A DNA stretch of 64,000 nucleotides from Candidatus Saccharicenans sp. (lineage in GTDB: Bacteria > Acidobacteriota > Aminicenantia > Aminicenantales > Saccharicenantaceae), in NCBI GenBank assembly GCA_024653215.1, contig JANLFU010000004.1:29574-93573 (forward strand), written 5' to 3'. The translations under genes were made by a program, and so were the position numbers. This document shows, one piece after another, positions 20,925-30,800 of this stretch (the stretch's first letter is position 1; each line of letters starts with the position of its first letter). Below the pieces are notes generated by a model. It was not told the origin of the DNA, searched no databases, and saw only the letters and a program-made list of their open reading frames with translations.

Positions 20925-23639
20925 TTATTTAAGCACGTTTTTAAGATAAGACCCGGTCAGCGAGCCCGCTGTGGCGGCCACTTCTTCCGGGGTGCCATGG
21001 GCCACCAGGTAGCCGCCGCGTTCTCCCCCTTCCGGACCCAGGTCGATGATGTAATCGGCACACTTTATGAATTCCAGGTTGTGTTCAATCACCACCAGGC
21101 TGTGCCCCTGTGCCACCAGCTTCTGGAAACAGGCCAGGAGCACCTTGACATCATCCAGGTGCAGGCCGATGGTTGGCTCATCGAACAGGTAAAGAATCTT
21201 TTTATTCTTCTCGTGCACCAGGTGGAAGGCCAGCTTGATTCGCTGCAGTTCTCCGCCCGAGAGGGTGGTCGTGGGTTGCCCCAGTCGCAAATATCCCAGT
21301 CCCACTTCGGCCAGGGGTTGCAGGCGGTGCGCGATGTCCCGGTGGTCTCGGAAAAACTCCAGGGCCTCGCTGACGCTCATTTGCAAGACTTCGTGGATGT
21401 TCTTGCCCCGGTACCTGATTTCCAGGATGTCCGGAGTGTAGCGGCGGCCGCCGCAGGTCTCGCAGGTCAGGACCACATCGCTCAGGAACTGCATCTCCAC
21501 TTCCTGGAAGCCGGCTCCCTGGCAGTCCGGGCACTGGCCGCGAGCGGTATTGAAGGAAAAATGCCCGGCGGTATATCCCTGGGCCCGGGCCTCCCTGGTT
21601 TCGGCAAAGAGCTCCCTGATGCCGTCCAGGGCCTTGGTGTAGGTGGCCGGGATGGAACGGGGCGAAGTGCTCAGCGGCGACTGGTCGACCCTGACCACCT
21701 TGCTTATCTTTTCGGCTCCCCTGATCCGGTCAAAGCCGTTGCTGCTCTGGCCGGTTAATCCCTTGTATATCACTTCATCCAGCAGGGTGCTCTTGCCCGA
21801 GCCGGAAACCCCGGTCAGGCAGACAAAGACCCCTAACGGGATTTTCAGGTCGAGGTTCTTCAAGTTGTGCTTGCGGGCGCCGTGGATTTCCAGGAATTCC
21901 CTGGGCCGGCGGCGCCGTTCCGGCTTCGGGATGGATATTTCCTGGCGAAGGTACCTGGCCGTGAGCGTTTGCCCTTCTTCCAGGAATTTCTTCATCTCCC
22001 CGGCATAGAGCACCTGTCCGCCGTATTCTCCGGCTCCCGGGCCCAGGTCAACCAGGAAGTCTGCTTCCCGGATGATTTCCGGGTCGTGCTCCACCACCAG
22101 CACCGTGTTGCCTATATCCTGAAGGCGCCTCAGAATGCGCACCAGCCGGCGGTTATCCCGGGGATGAAGCCCGATGGACGGCTCGTCCAGCACGAACAGC
22201 GTTCCCACCAGGGAAGCGCTCAGGGCCGCGGCCAGGTTAATCCGCTGGGCCTCGCCCCCGCTCAGGGTGAAGGTCATGCGGTCAAGGGTCAGGTAATCCA
22301 GGCCCACTTCCAGCAGGAACCTGAGACGCCCCTTTATTTCCTGGATCAGCCGTTCGCCGATTTTCTGCTCGTACGGCGAAAGCTGCAGGTTTTCCAGGAA
22401 ATCGCAGGCTTCCCTGACCGTCATGGCGTTGAAGTCGCCGATGGACTTTCCGGCGATTTTTATGGCCCGGGCTTTTTCGTTCAGCCTGGTGCGTTCGCAG
22501 GCCGGGCAGGGCGCGTATTTCCGGTAGCGGCTCAGCAGCACCCGGACCTGGACCTTGTATTTCTTGGATTCCAGCCACTCGAAGAAGCCCTTGACGCCGT
22601 AATAGCCATCACCGCCTTCCAGGACGAACTGGCGGTGTTCGGGCTTTAATTTGTGAAAGGGGACATCGGTCGGTATGCCCCGCCGCCTGGCTTCCCGGAT
22701 GAGTTCCCGCTGAAGCCCGCGGGAAGCCGGCTTGGTCCAGGGCTCCACCGCGCCCTCTTCTATCGATTTATTTTTATCCGGCACAATCTTATCTTCATCC
22801 AGCACGGCCAGGTCGCCGAAGCCATGGCAGGCCGGGCAGGCTCCCTGGGGGCTGTTGAAGGACAGCAGGTTGGGATAAGGTTCCTCGTAGGTCAGATTAC
22901 AGGTCTTGCATTCCAGGTATTCGCTGAAGCTGAAAATCTGGCCTGTTTCCGAGTGTACCCTGACCCGGCCTTCTCCTTTCTTCAGACCGGTCTCCAGGGA
23001 ATCGACCAGCCGTTCCCGGTCCTGCGGGTCAAGCTGGAAATAGTCCACCAGGACTTCCATTTCCTTTTCCGGTTTCCGCCTTTTTTCGGCTTCTTCGACC
23101 GGAATGACCTTTCCCTTCTGGTAAAACCGCAGGAAGCCCTCCTTCTTCAATTCGGCCAGCTTTTTGCCCTCGGGCCAGGCGAAGGTGATGGCCAGCCGCG
23201 TTCCGGCCGGGAGAGTGCTCAGCGTTTCCACCATGCGGTCGATGGTATCTTTTTTTACCGGCTGGCCGCACTTCAGGCAGTGGATGGTTCCGATCCTGGC
23301 ATAGAGCACCCGCAGGAAGTCGTAGATTTCGGTGACCGTGGCCACCGTGGAGCGGGGATTCTTGGCCGAGGCTTTCTGCTGGATGGCGATGGCCGGCGGA
23401 ATGCCTTCGATCAGGTCGGCTTCCGGCTTGTCCATCCTTTCCAGGAACTGGCGGGCGTAGGAGGACAGTGATTCCAGGTAACGGCGCTGGCCCTCGGCGT
23501 ACAGGGTGTCAAAGGCCAGCGAAGACTTACCGGAGCCGCTGACCCCGGTGATGATTATGAGTTTCCCCACCGGCAGGTCGAGGTCGATGTTTTTCAGGTT
23601 GTGGACCCGGACCCCGCGCAGAATGATTTTGTCTTCCAT
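20925..23639 (-). CDS. uvrA: Excinuclease ABC subunit A
   Basis: Two GVSGSGKS Walker A motifs, LSGGEAQR and LSGGELQR, CxxC zinc modules. Confidence 0.95.
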   Translation of the reverse strand: MEDKIILRGVRVHNLKNIDLDLPVGKLIIITGVSGSGKSSLAFDTLYAEGQRRYLESLSSYARQFLERMDKPEADLIEGIPPAIAIQQKASAKNPRSTVATVTEIYDFLRVLYARIGTIHCLKCGQPVKKDTIDRMVETLSTLPAGTRLAITFAWPEGKKLAELKKEGFLRFYQKGKVIPVEEAEKRRKPEKEMEVLVDYFQLDPQDRERLVDSLETGLKKGEGRVRVHSETGQIFSFSEYLECKTCNLTYEEPYPNLLSFNSPQGACPACHGFGDLAVLDEDKIVPDKNKSIEEGAVEPWTKPASRGLQRELIREARRRGIPTDVPFHKLKPEHRQFVLEGGDGYYGVKGFFEWLESKKYKVQVRVLLSRYRKYAPCPACERTRLNEKARAIKIAGKSIGDFNAMTVREACDFLENLQLSPYEQKIGERLIQEIKGRLRFLLEVGLDYLTLDRMTFTLSGGEAQRINLAAALSASLVGTLFVLDEPSIGLHPRDNRRLVRILRRLQDIGNTVLVVEHDPEIIREADFLVDLGPGAGEYGGQVLYAGEMKKFLEEGQTLTARYLRQEISIPKPERRRRPREFLEIHGARKHNLKNLDLKIPLGVFVCLTGVSGSGKSTLLDEVIYKGLTGQSSNGFDRIRGAEKISKVVRVDQSPLSTSPRSIPATYTKALDGIRELFAETREARAQGYTAGHFSFNTARGQCPDCQGAGFQEVEMQFLSDVVLTCETCGGRRYTPDILEIRYRGKNIHEVLQMSVSEALEFFRDHRDIAHRLQPLAEVGLGYLRLGQPTTTLSGGELQRIKLAFHLVHEKNKKILYLFDEPTIGLHLDDVKVLLACFQKLVAQGHSLVVIEHNLEFIKCADYIIDLGPEGGERGGYLVAHGTPEEVAATAGSLTGSYLKNVLK

Positions 23640-23910
23640 TGTTAAAAAATTATACTCTCTTAAAGGTCGGATGGTAAGAAGTAGCTCCAGTTCTAAGGGG
23701 TGAAGCCTGGCCAAGCTTGGCGAGGCAGCCAGGCCAATAGAAAATTCAAGAAGTCGCTAATAACCGAATCTGCCTTCTTTGATTTTCCTTGTCATGGCCG
23801 AATTCTTTCCAATTTGGAATTAATCAATCTCTCCTTTATAAGGCAGTTTTAAGGTCCCGTCAGCCCATTCCAGGAAATATATTTCGGGCTCTGCTATAAT
23901 TGAAAACCTT

Positions 23911-24477
23911 ATGAACATACTGATACTTGCCGGAATCGCCCTGGCCCTGGCCGTGGATGCTTTTGCCGTCACCGTGGGTCTGGCCTGCGCGCTTTCCGGG
24001 CTCAGCCGCCGGCAGGTCTTCCGCCTGGCCTTTCATTTCGGGCTTTTCCAGTTCCTGATGCCGGTAGTCGGCTGGTTTATCGGGGAGAACCTGCTCAAGC
24101 TGATTTCCAATTACGACCACTGGGTGGCCTTTGGCCTGCTGCTCTTCGTGGGTTTAAGGATGGTCCGGCAATCCTTCCGGGATGATGACGAAAAATACCG
24201 GGCGGGCGACCCCACCCGCGGCTGGTCTCTCCTGGTGCTGGCCCTGGCCACCAGCCAGGACGCCCTGGCCGCCGGCTTTGGCCTGGTCGTCCTGGGCATT
24301 AACATCTGGGTTTCGGCCCTGGTCATCGGGCTGACCGCGTTCAGCCTGACCTGGGTGGCCAGCCGGGTTGGCCCCCTGATGGGCCGGGTTTTCGGGCGCC
24401 GGGCCGAACTCGTGGGTGGCCTGGTCCTAGTGCTCATCGGAGTCAAGATTCTGCTCGACCATATGGGGAAAGGTTAG
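23911..24477 (+). CDS. mntP: Manganese efflux pump MntP family
   Basis: ALAVDAFAV, FGLFQFLMP, ATSQDALAAG; extended -10 TGcTATAAT at 23892-23900. Confidence 0.9.
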   Translation: MNILILAGIALALAVDAFAVTVGLACALSGLSRRQVFRLAFHFGLFQFLMPVVGWFIGENLLKLISNYDHWVAFGLLLFVGLRMVRQSFRDDDEKYRAGDPTRGWSLLVLALATSQDALAAGFGLVVLGINIWVSALVIGLTAFSLTWVASRVGPLMGRVFGRRAELVGGLVLVLIGVKILLDHMGKG

Positions 24478-24491
24478 CCGCGGTCGGCTCT

Positions 24492-24519
24492 TTGACATTT
24501 GCAACCTTTTTTCTATAAT
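24492..24519 (+). promoter_or_regulatory. Consensus sigma70 promoter of acpS operon
   Basis: TTGACA (24492-24497), 16-nt spacer, TATAAT (24514-24519). Confidence 0.8.
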
Positions 24520-24591
24520 AACTTCTGCTCAAAATGCGAAAGAAGAGCAGATTAAGGGCAATTTTAGGCTGCTAACAGACCAGGAGGCCGA

Positions 24592-24966
24592 TTGATTTTT
24601 GGAGTGGGCGTAGACATCATCGAAGTAGCCAGGGTGGAAGATAAACTCAGCCGGACGCCGGGGCTGAAGGAAAAGCTCTACACCCCCGTTGAAATCGCCT
24701 ACTGCGAAAGCAAGAAATTCCCCTTTCAGCACTATGCGGCCCGCTTTGCGGCCAAGGAAGCTTTCATGAAGGCCCTGGGCACGGGCTGGAGCCGGGGAGT
24801 AAAGTTTTCTGAGATTGAAGTCCGGAACCTGGACAGCGGTCAACCGGTGCTTGAAGTCTACGGGCGAGCCAGGGAGCTCTGCCAGGCAGAGGGAATCACC
24901 AGGTCTTACGTTTCCCTGTCGCATCTTCAGACCAAGGCGGTGGCCACGGTCGTTCTGGAAAAATAG
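24592..24966 (+). CDS. acpS: Holo-ACP synthase
   Basis: GVGVDII, ARFAAKEAFMKALGTG, VSLSH; GGAGG RBS before TTG start. Confidence 0.95.
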   Translation: MIFGVGVDIIEVARVEDKLSRTPGLKEKLYTPVEIAYCESKKFPFQHYAARFAAKEAFMKALGTGWSRGVKFSEIEVRNLDSGQPVLEVYGRARELCQAEGITRSYVSLSHLQTKAVATVVLEK

Positions 24967-24984
24967 ATAAACTGTGGAGGGAAT

Positions 24985-26688
24985 ATGACACACTTCGGAA
25001 ACTACGAGGACAGGGCCAGGAATTTCTCCTGGGCCATCAGCGAGCAGGAACTCGGTTACAGGCCCGGGCAGGTCATCAACATCGGCTGGTACTGCTCGGA
25101 CCGCATCTGCCAGCAGGGAAAAGCCGACAAGGTGGCCCTCATCTGGGAGGGTTTTACCGGCGAGAAAAAGATTTTCACCTACAACGACATCCGGCTTTAT
25201 TCCAACACCTTCGCCAAGTTTATTAACGACCTGGGAATAAAGGCCGGCGAGCGGGTCTGCCTGTTCATGGACCGGGTGCCGGAACTTTACATCGGCTTCC
25301 TGGGAATCCTCAAGACCGGCTGCATCGTTCAGCCGCTGTTTTCGGCCTTCGGCGAAGAATCGCTTTTTGTCCGACTGGAGAATGCCGAGACCACGGCCAT
25401 CTTCACCCAGAAAAAGCACGTCTCCAAGGTCAGGAAAATCAGGGATAAATTGCCGCACCTGAAATATATCATCATCGTGGACTATGATGGCAAGACGCCT
25501 CTCCAGGAGAGGGAAGTGGCTTTCTCCATGGAGAAGTCCGAGAAGGTCGAGCACTACGAAATCTATCCGACCTATGCCGAGACGCCCTCGGTGCTTCACT
25601 ATACCTCGGGAACGACCGGCATGCCCAAGGGGGTCCAGCATGTGCATTACTCCCTCATTTCGCAGTACATAACTGCCAAGTGGGTTTTGGACCTTCACGA
25701 CGACGACATCTACTGGTGCACGGCCGACCCCGGCTGGGTGACCGGGACCTCTTACGGCATCATCGGGCCCTTCAGCCTGGGGGTTACCCAGTGCGTCCTG
25801 GACAGCGGCTTTTCGGCCGAGGCCTGGTACCGGTTCATCGAGAAGAACCGGGTAACTGTCTGGTACTCGGCCCCCACGGCCATCCGGTCGCTGATGAAGG
25901 CCGGAGACGAAATCATCAAGAAATTTGACCTGTCGTCACTGCGGCACCTGGCCAGCGTGGGCGAGCCCCTAAACCCGGAAGCCGTCAACTGGTCAATCCG
26001 GGTCTTCGGCAAGCCCTTCCACGACACTTACTGGCAGACCGAGACCGGCTGCATCGTCATCACCAACTTCCCGGGGATGCCGGTTAAGCCCGGTTCCATG
26101 GGGCGTCCTTTCCCCGGCATCACCGCCACCATCCTCAATCCCGGCAACCACGAGCCATACCCGGAGCCGGGGCGCATCGGCTTGATCGGCCTGAAGCCGG
26201 GCTGGCCCTCGATGATGCGGACCTACTGGAACAACGAGGAAGCCTACAAGAACAAGTTCCGCAACGGCTGGTACCTGACCGGCGACCGGGCCAGGATGGA
26301 CAAGGACGGCTACATCTGGTTCGTGGGTCGCGACGACGATGTCATCAACACCGGCGGCCACCTGGTCAGCCCCTTTGAAGTGGAATCGGCCCTGCTGGAG
26401 CACCCGGCTGTGGCCGAGTCGGCGGTGGTCAGCAAGCCCGACCCCATCAACATGGAAGTGGTCAAGGCCTTCGTCACTGTGAAGCCGGGGTTCACCGCTT
26501 CCAAGGACCTGGAGCTCGACATCATGAACTTCATCCGCAAGAAACTCTCGCCGCTGGCCATGCCCCAGGAAATAGAGTTCGTCGACTCCCTGCCCAAGAC
26601 CAGGAGCGGCAAGATCATGCGCCGGATTCTGCACGCCAAGGAATGGGGCGAGGAGATCGGCGACACTTCCACCCTGGAAAACGAATGA
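24985..26688 (+). CDS. Acetate--CoA ligase-like AMP-forming synthetase
   Basis: YTSGTTGMPKG, WCTADPGWVTG, DTYWQTETG, LPKTRSGKIMRR. Confidence 0.88.
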   Translation: MTHFGNYEDRARNFSWAISEQELGYRPGQVINIGWYCSDRICQQGKADKVALIWEGFTGEKKIFTYNDIRLYSNTFAKFINDLGIKAGERVCLFMDRVPELYIGFLGILKTGCIVQPLFSAFGEESLFVRLENAETTAIFTQKKHVSKVRKIRDKLPHLKYIIIVDYDGKTPLQEREVAFSMEKSEKVEHYEIYPTYAETPSVLHYTSGTTGMPKGVQHVHYSLISQYITAKWVLDLHDDDIYWCTADPGWVTGTSYGIIGPFSLGVTQCVLDSGFSAEAWYRFIEKNRVTVWYSAPTAIRSLMKAGDEIIKKFDLSSLRHLASVGEPLNPEAVNWSIRVFGKPFHDTYWQTETGCIVITNFPGMPVKPGSMGRPFPGITATILNPGNHEPYPEPGRIGLIGLKPGWPSMMRTYWNNEEAYKNKFRNGWYLTGDRARMDKDGYIWFVGRDDDVINTGGHLVSPFEVESALLEHPAVAESAVVSKPDPINMEVVKAFVTVKPGFTASKDLELDIMNFIRKKLSPLAMPQEIEFVDSLPKTRSGKIMRRILHAKEWGEEIGDTSTLENE

Positions 26689-26734
26689 CGGGCTTGAAAA
26701 ATTTATTAGAATAAAATAGAAAAAGGAGTAAGCT

Positions 26735-26983
26735 ATGGACGACTTAAAGGAAATCATCAAGAATTACGTCATCAACGAGTACCTGGAGCCGGACAGCGAC
26801 CCCATCGACTACGATACCCCGCTCATTTCAGGCGGCATCGTGGATTCATTCTCCATGGTCTCGCTGAAGAGGTTCCTGGAGAACAGGTACAACATCCAGA
26901 TTCCCGACGACCAGGCCACGCCCGAGGCCTTTGACTCGGTCAACAAGATTGCCGACCTGGTCAGGCGGTTCGTAAAGGCTTGA
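26735..26983 (+). CDS. Acyl carrier protein
   Basis: 82 aa acidic; GGIVDSFSM phosphopantetheine Ser motif. Confidence 0.88.
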   Translation: MDDLKEIIKNYVINEYLEPDSDPIDYDTPLISGGIVDSFSMVSLKRFLENRYNIQIPDDQATPEAFDSVNKIADLVRRFVKA

Positions 26984-27039
26984 GTTGCCGTCGGACTTAA
27001 GATAACCGGCGGGTATTCATAGAGCCAAAGGAGGAAACC

Positions 27040-28287
27040 ATGGCTTTTCCAGATAGCGTGCGGGAATTATACCAGGCCCAGCTCAAGGCCCTGCAGGAGG
27101 GCGGGCTGTTCAAGGAAGAAAGGTTCATTCATTCGCCACAAGCGGCCGACATCGAGGTGGAATTTCCGGTCGGTTCTTCGCTGAAGAAGGTCATAAACAT
27201 GTGCGCCAACAATTACCTCGGCCTGTCCAGCCATCCCGAGGTGATCAAGGCTGCCCACGAGGGGCTGGAAACCCGGGGCTTCGGAATGTCCTCGGTGCGC
27301 TTTATCTGCGGCACCCAGGACATCCACAAGGAGCTGGAAAGGAAGATGACCGAGTTCCTGGGTACTGAGGATACCATCCTCTTCCCGTCCTGCATGGATG
27401 CCAACGCCGGGGTATTTGAGGCCATCCTGACCAAGGATGATGTCATCATCTCCGACCGGCTGGTTCATGCCTCGCTGATCGACGGCATCAGGCTGTGCAG
27501 CGCCATGCACGATACCTTCAAGCATTCCGACATGGCCCACCTCGAGGAAAAGCTCAAGATGTACCAGGACAAGAGGCTGCGGCTGGTGGTGACCGACGGC
27601 GTTTTCTCGATGGACGGTGATACGGCCAAGCTGGACCAGATGGTCGAGCTCTGCGAAAAGTACAACGCCATGCTGCTGGTTGACGATTCCCATGCCTCTG
27701 GTTTCATCGGGAAAACGGGGCGGGGGACCCACGAGAAGTACGGGGTCATGGGCAAGATTGACATCATCACCACCACCTTCGGTAAGGCCCTCGGCGGGGC
27801 CACCGGCGGCTGCGTGTCCGGAAGGCGGGAAATCGTGGAGATGTGCCGGCAGCGGGCCCGGCCGTACCTGTTCTCCAACACCATCGCCCCGGTCATAATC
27901 GTGGGCATCCTCAAGGTGCTGGAGATTCTCTCGGCCACCACCGAGCGCCGCGACAAGCTGGAGAAGAACACCGAGTACTGGAGAAAGGGCCTGAAGGAAG
28001 CCGGCTTCATCCTGAAGGAAGGCGATACCCCGATTGTCCCGGTCATGCTGTTCAACGCCAGGCTGGCCCAGGAATTCTCCAAGGCTCTCTACGAGGAAGG
28101 CATTTATGCCATCGGCTTCTTCTTCCCGGTTGTTCCTCAGGGCCAGGCCAGGATCAGAACCCAGATTTCCGCAGCCCACGAAATCCACCACCTGGACAGG
28201 GCCCTGGAGGCCTTCATCAAGGTCGGGAAGAAGTTCGACATCCTCCACAAGACCAAGCAGGAAATCGTAGAAAAATACGGGATGTAA
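27040..28287 (+). CDS. kbl: Glycine C-acetyltransferase (2-amino-3-ketobutyrate CoA ligase)
   Basis: CANNYLGL, SVRFICGTQDIH, DDSHASG, TFGKALGG, RPYLFSN. Confidence 0.88.
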   Translation: MAFPDSVRELYQAQLKALQEGGLFKEERFIHSPQAADIEVEFPVGSSLKKVINMCANNYLGLSSHPEVIKAAHEGLETRGFGMSSVRFICGTQDIHKELERKMTEFLGTEDTILFPSCMDANAGVFEAILTKDDVIISDRLVHASLIDGIRLCSAMHDTFKHSDMAHLEEKLKMYQDKRLRLVVTDGVFSMDGDTAKLDQMVELCEKYNAMLLVDDSHASGFIGKTGRGTHEKYGVMGKIDIITTTFGKALGGATGGCVSGRREIVEMCRQRARPYLFSNTIAPVIIVGILKVLEILSATTERRDKLEKNTEYWRKGLKEAGFILKEGDTPIVPVMLFNARLAQEFSKALYEEGIYAIGFFFPVVPQGQARIRTQISAAHEIHHLDRALEAFIKVGKKFDILHKTKQEIVEKYGM

Positions 28288-28309
28288 TAGGTCCCGACAG
28301 ATCGCCATT

Positions 28310-28413
28310 AAAAGGGGACACCTTAGAGTGTCCCCTTTAAGTCCTTTCTTGGGCTGCTTTTTAAGGCAAAGCCTATGAAAGAAATAGGGAGACACTCTAA
28401 GGTGTCCCCTTTT
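28310..28413. repeat. REP-like palindrome doublet in inverted orientation (REPIN-like); may also terminate kbl
   Basis: AAAGGGGACAC-cttaga-GTGTCCCCTTT (28311-28338) and its near-exact reverse complement at about 28386-28413. Confidence 0.65.
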
Positions 28414-28451
28414 GCTCCCTTAATACCATTCCCTGATTAAAATGAAAAAAT

Positions 28452-28599
28452 TATGCCTTTGACGGGAGGCTTCTGGCTGAGTATGATGGATATGGGAATT
28501 GCCTGCGTGAGTATATCTACATAGGGGCGAAGATGGTGGCTGAGTACCAGCCGGCTACGGGCAAGTATTACTACTACACCACCGACCAGATTAACTCCA
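28452..28599 (+). repeat. Left copy of 148-bp RHS-core direct repeat
   Basis: Near-identical to 38548-38695 (TATGCCTTTGACGGGAGG...GATTAACTCCA). Confidence 0.9.
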
Positions 28600-29441
28600 C
28601 CCGGGTGGTGACGGATGATGAGGGTAACGTGGTGTATTCCGCGGTCCATGACCCCTATGGCGGGGTGCAGCAGACCTGGGTCAACACCTTCAACCCCGGG
28701 TGGAAATTTTCCGGCAAGGAGCAGGATGCCGAGTCAGGTCTCTACTACTTCGGGGCCCGCTACTACGACCAGAGCCTCTACCGCTTCCTCAGCCCCGACC
28801 CGGTGATTCCCACCGACCGGGCCCTTTACAACCCGCAGCGGTGGAATCTGTATGGGTATTGCGGAAATAATCCGATAAATTTTGTCGATCTAGATGGCCG
28901 TATTTTAGTTCCGGTAAACAATATTGCAGACGCTACTATTGCTGCGAGATATAAGTACCTTGATAATAGGTTTTTGAGCAAACTTTCTGATGTCTTCTTC
29001 TGGCTTAGCGAAAGCGGTATCGATATCATAATTACCAGTATGTATAGACCGGCGGCTTTTCAGGCCGAGTTGAGAAAGCAAAACCCGGCCAACACCGCGA
29101 AAGGCATAAGTTATCATCAGACAGGCTGGGCGATAGATATATCCTGGGCAAATTTTTCAGAAGAAAAATTCAAGGAATTCGTTGATTATTGTAAATCCAG
29201 AGGTTTTATAGTCATTAAAGAGACGCGCGTTAACAGTGACGGTACCACCTCAGTATGGATACACATAAGCATAGATGACCCTAAGAAAAAATCTTCGAAG
29301 GCCGCAAGTTCAGCGGAACGACTTTTCCACTTATATAACAGTGCCATTTTTAATATGATAAATAGTTTTTTTGAGTTGATGATGTCACAGGATCCTTGGT
29401 TTGGAATGGTGACTGCACCGTATGAGCAATACATGATTTGA
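28533..29441 (+). CDS. Orphan RHS-CT cassette 1: RHS-associated core + M15-like Zn peptidase toxin
   Basis: YYYTTDQINSTR...LYYFGARYYD...NPINFVDLDG; toxin motifs TSMYR, SYHQTGWAID, WIHIS; core homology extends upstream to 28452. Confidence 0.8.
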   Translation: MVAEYQPATGKYYYYTTDQINSTRVVTDDEGNVVYSAVHDPYGGVQQTWVNTFNPGWKFSGKEQDAESGLYYFGARYYDQSLYRFLSPDPVIPTDRALYNPQRWNLYGYCGNNPINFVDLDGRILVPVNNIADATIAARYKYLDNRFLSKLSDVFFWLSESGIDIIITSMYRPAAFQAELRKQNPANTAKGISYHQTGWAIDISWANFSEEKFKEFVDYCKSRGFIVIKETRVNSDGTTSVWIHISIDDPKKKSSKAASSAERLFHLYNSAIFNMINSFFELMMSQDPWFGMVTAPYEQYMI

Positions 29442-29462
29442 ATCACAAATTAGGAGAAATGG

Positions 29463-30800
29463 ATGAAAACGCGAGCAATTATTTTTTTGGCATCGATGCT
29501 AACATTAAATTCTTTAACTCTTTCGGCGTCGTCGCCAACCTCTTTTGATGATTTAATCCAGTGGGCAATCTTAAGGGCAGAAACAAATATCAAATATAAG
29601 ATCGGGAGCTATACAGATTATATTCAAGTCTGGTACGACTTAACCTCATTGATTCCAAGAATAGAAAATGCAGAGCTGCGAGCCAGAGCTGAATTCTTGC
29701 GGTTAAAAGCTATTGAACAGGGATTGTGGCTATTACAGGGGAGTGGTCTCGAAGGACAAGAGATCAGGCCTGAGGGGGAGGCCTGGCTTAAGGCTATCGG
29801 CGAATATATTTATTTAGCTGGTCCAGATTGGCCATGGAATAGATGGTCAATACGGCCTGATATATGGTGGAAATACTGCGACCTTTATTCGGCAACTTCT
29901 TTTTCCGATGATTTTGCCTGGGAGGCGGCCAGCGAAGACCTGCCTTATGAATGCGAGGGCGATTTGGTTTGCGAGGTAGAAAAGATTAATAGGACTTACG
30001 GACGTTATCTGAATAAATTTCCTCAGGGGAAATATTATCGTCTGGCACTGGAGAGAATTTATAATTTCCTTGTTGTCAGGGTTCCTGAATTAGGATTCGA
30101 GAGCATAAAAAAGGAGGATTTCAGCCCAGAGGTATGGGATGAATTAGATGGAAATCTAAGATCGCTATACGGGGTTATTGTAAAGACGGATACTGAGAGT
30201 AAAGACGAGTATAGCTATTCTGTTTTGTCAAACTTCGAGCGGGTGTTTGGAGATGTGGTTAAAGATAAGAAGTCAAGCCTCCCTGCTATTGATAAAAAGA
30301 GCGAAGATTCGAACTTATATTCTGGATTGTCGAGGACCAATTTTAATATTTTGGATCAGCCGCCAGAAATAGCCATGGCCCTTTGGAAGAAACTTAAAAA
30401 CGAGCAAGCCGAGACGAAGAATCAAAACCAACTGGGCTTAATCGAGTTAGAGGAATTGATATGCCTTGAGAAAATGTTGTCAAGCCGCACAGTTGAGGAT
30501 CTCCTATCTGGTAAGGTTCTTGAAGCGGCGGATGTTTCACTAATTGAAGGAAAACATGTCAAGCATGAAGCTTTATTGGACCTGCATAAGAAGTTCAAAA
30601 ATCAGGCCGTATCCGATGACATTGCTTTTTACTTAACGCAAAACACATTCAGCCGACCAGGTACCAGTTCTTATACAGGCATTAGTGCTTCCATGATAAT
30701 GAGGGAAATAAATGAGAAAGAAGGGCTTTACCTGAGGCTTCATCCAAGGGGTAAATATGTTCCTATATGCCTTTTAATATTATCGAATCGATGGGGATGA
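29463..30800 (+). CDS. Putative exported immunity protein 1 (internally repeated; possibly frameshifted into 30767-30997)
   Basis: Signal peptide MKTRAIIFLASMLTLNSLTLSA; directly follows toxin; two SDD..GxYL..PxGKY repeats. Confidence 0.6.
   Translation: MKTRAIIFLASMLTLNSLTLSASSPTSFDDLIQWAILRAETNIKYKIGSYTDYIQVWYDLTSLIPRIENAELRARAEFLRLKAIEQGLWLLQGSGLEGQEIRPEGEAWLKAIGEYIYLAGPDWPWNRWSIRPDIWWKYCDLYSATSFSDDFAWEAASEDLPYECEGDLVCEVEKINRTYGRYLNKFPQGKYYRLALERIYNFLVVRVPELGFESIKKEDFSPEVWDELDGNLRSLYGVIVKTDTESKDEYSYSVLSNFERVFGDVVKDKKSSLPAIDKKSEDSNLYSGLSRTNFNILDQPPEIAMALWKKLKNEQAETKNQNQLGLIELEELICLEKMLSSRTVEDLLSGKVLEAADVSLIEGKHVKHEALLDLHKKFKNQAVSDDIAFYLTQNTFSRPGTSSYTGISASMIMREINEKEGLYLRLHPRGKYVPICLLILSNRWG

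Noticed and set aside
23650..23910. yybP-ykoY Mn riboswitch upstream of mntP
   Set aside because: Only a loose AGTAGC...GGCGAG resemblance; an extended -10 sits 10 nt before the ATG, leaving no room for a leader
27040..28287. Serine palmitoyltransferase (sphingolipid) call
   Set aside because: Motifs (SVRFICGTQ, RPYLFSN) match Kbl and the adjacent ligase is acetate-type
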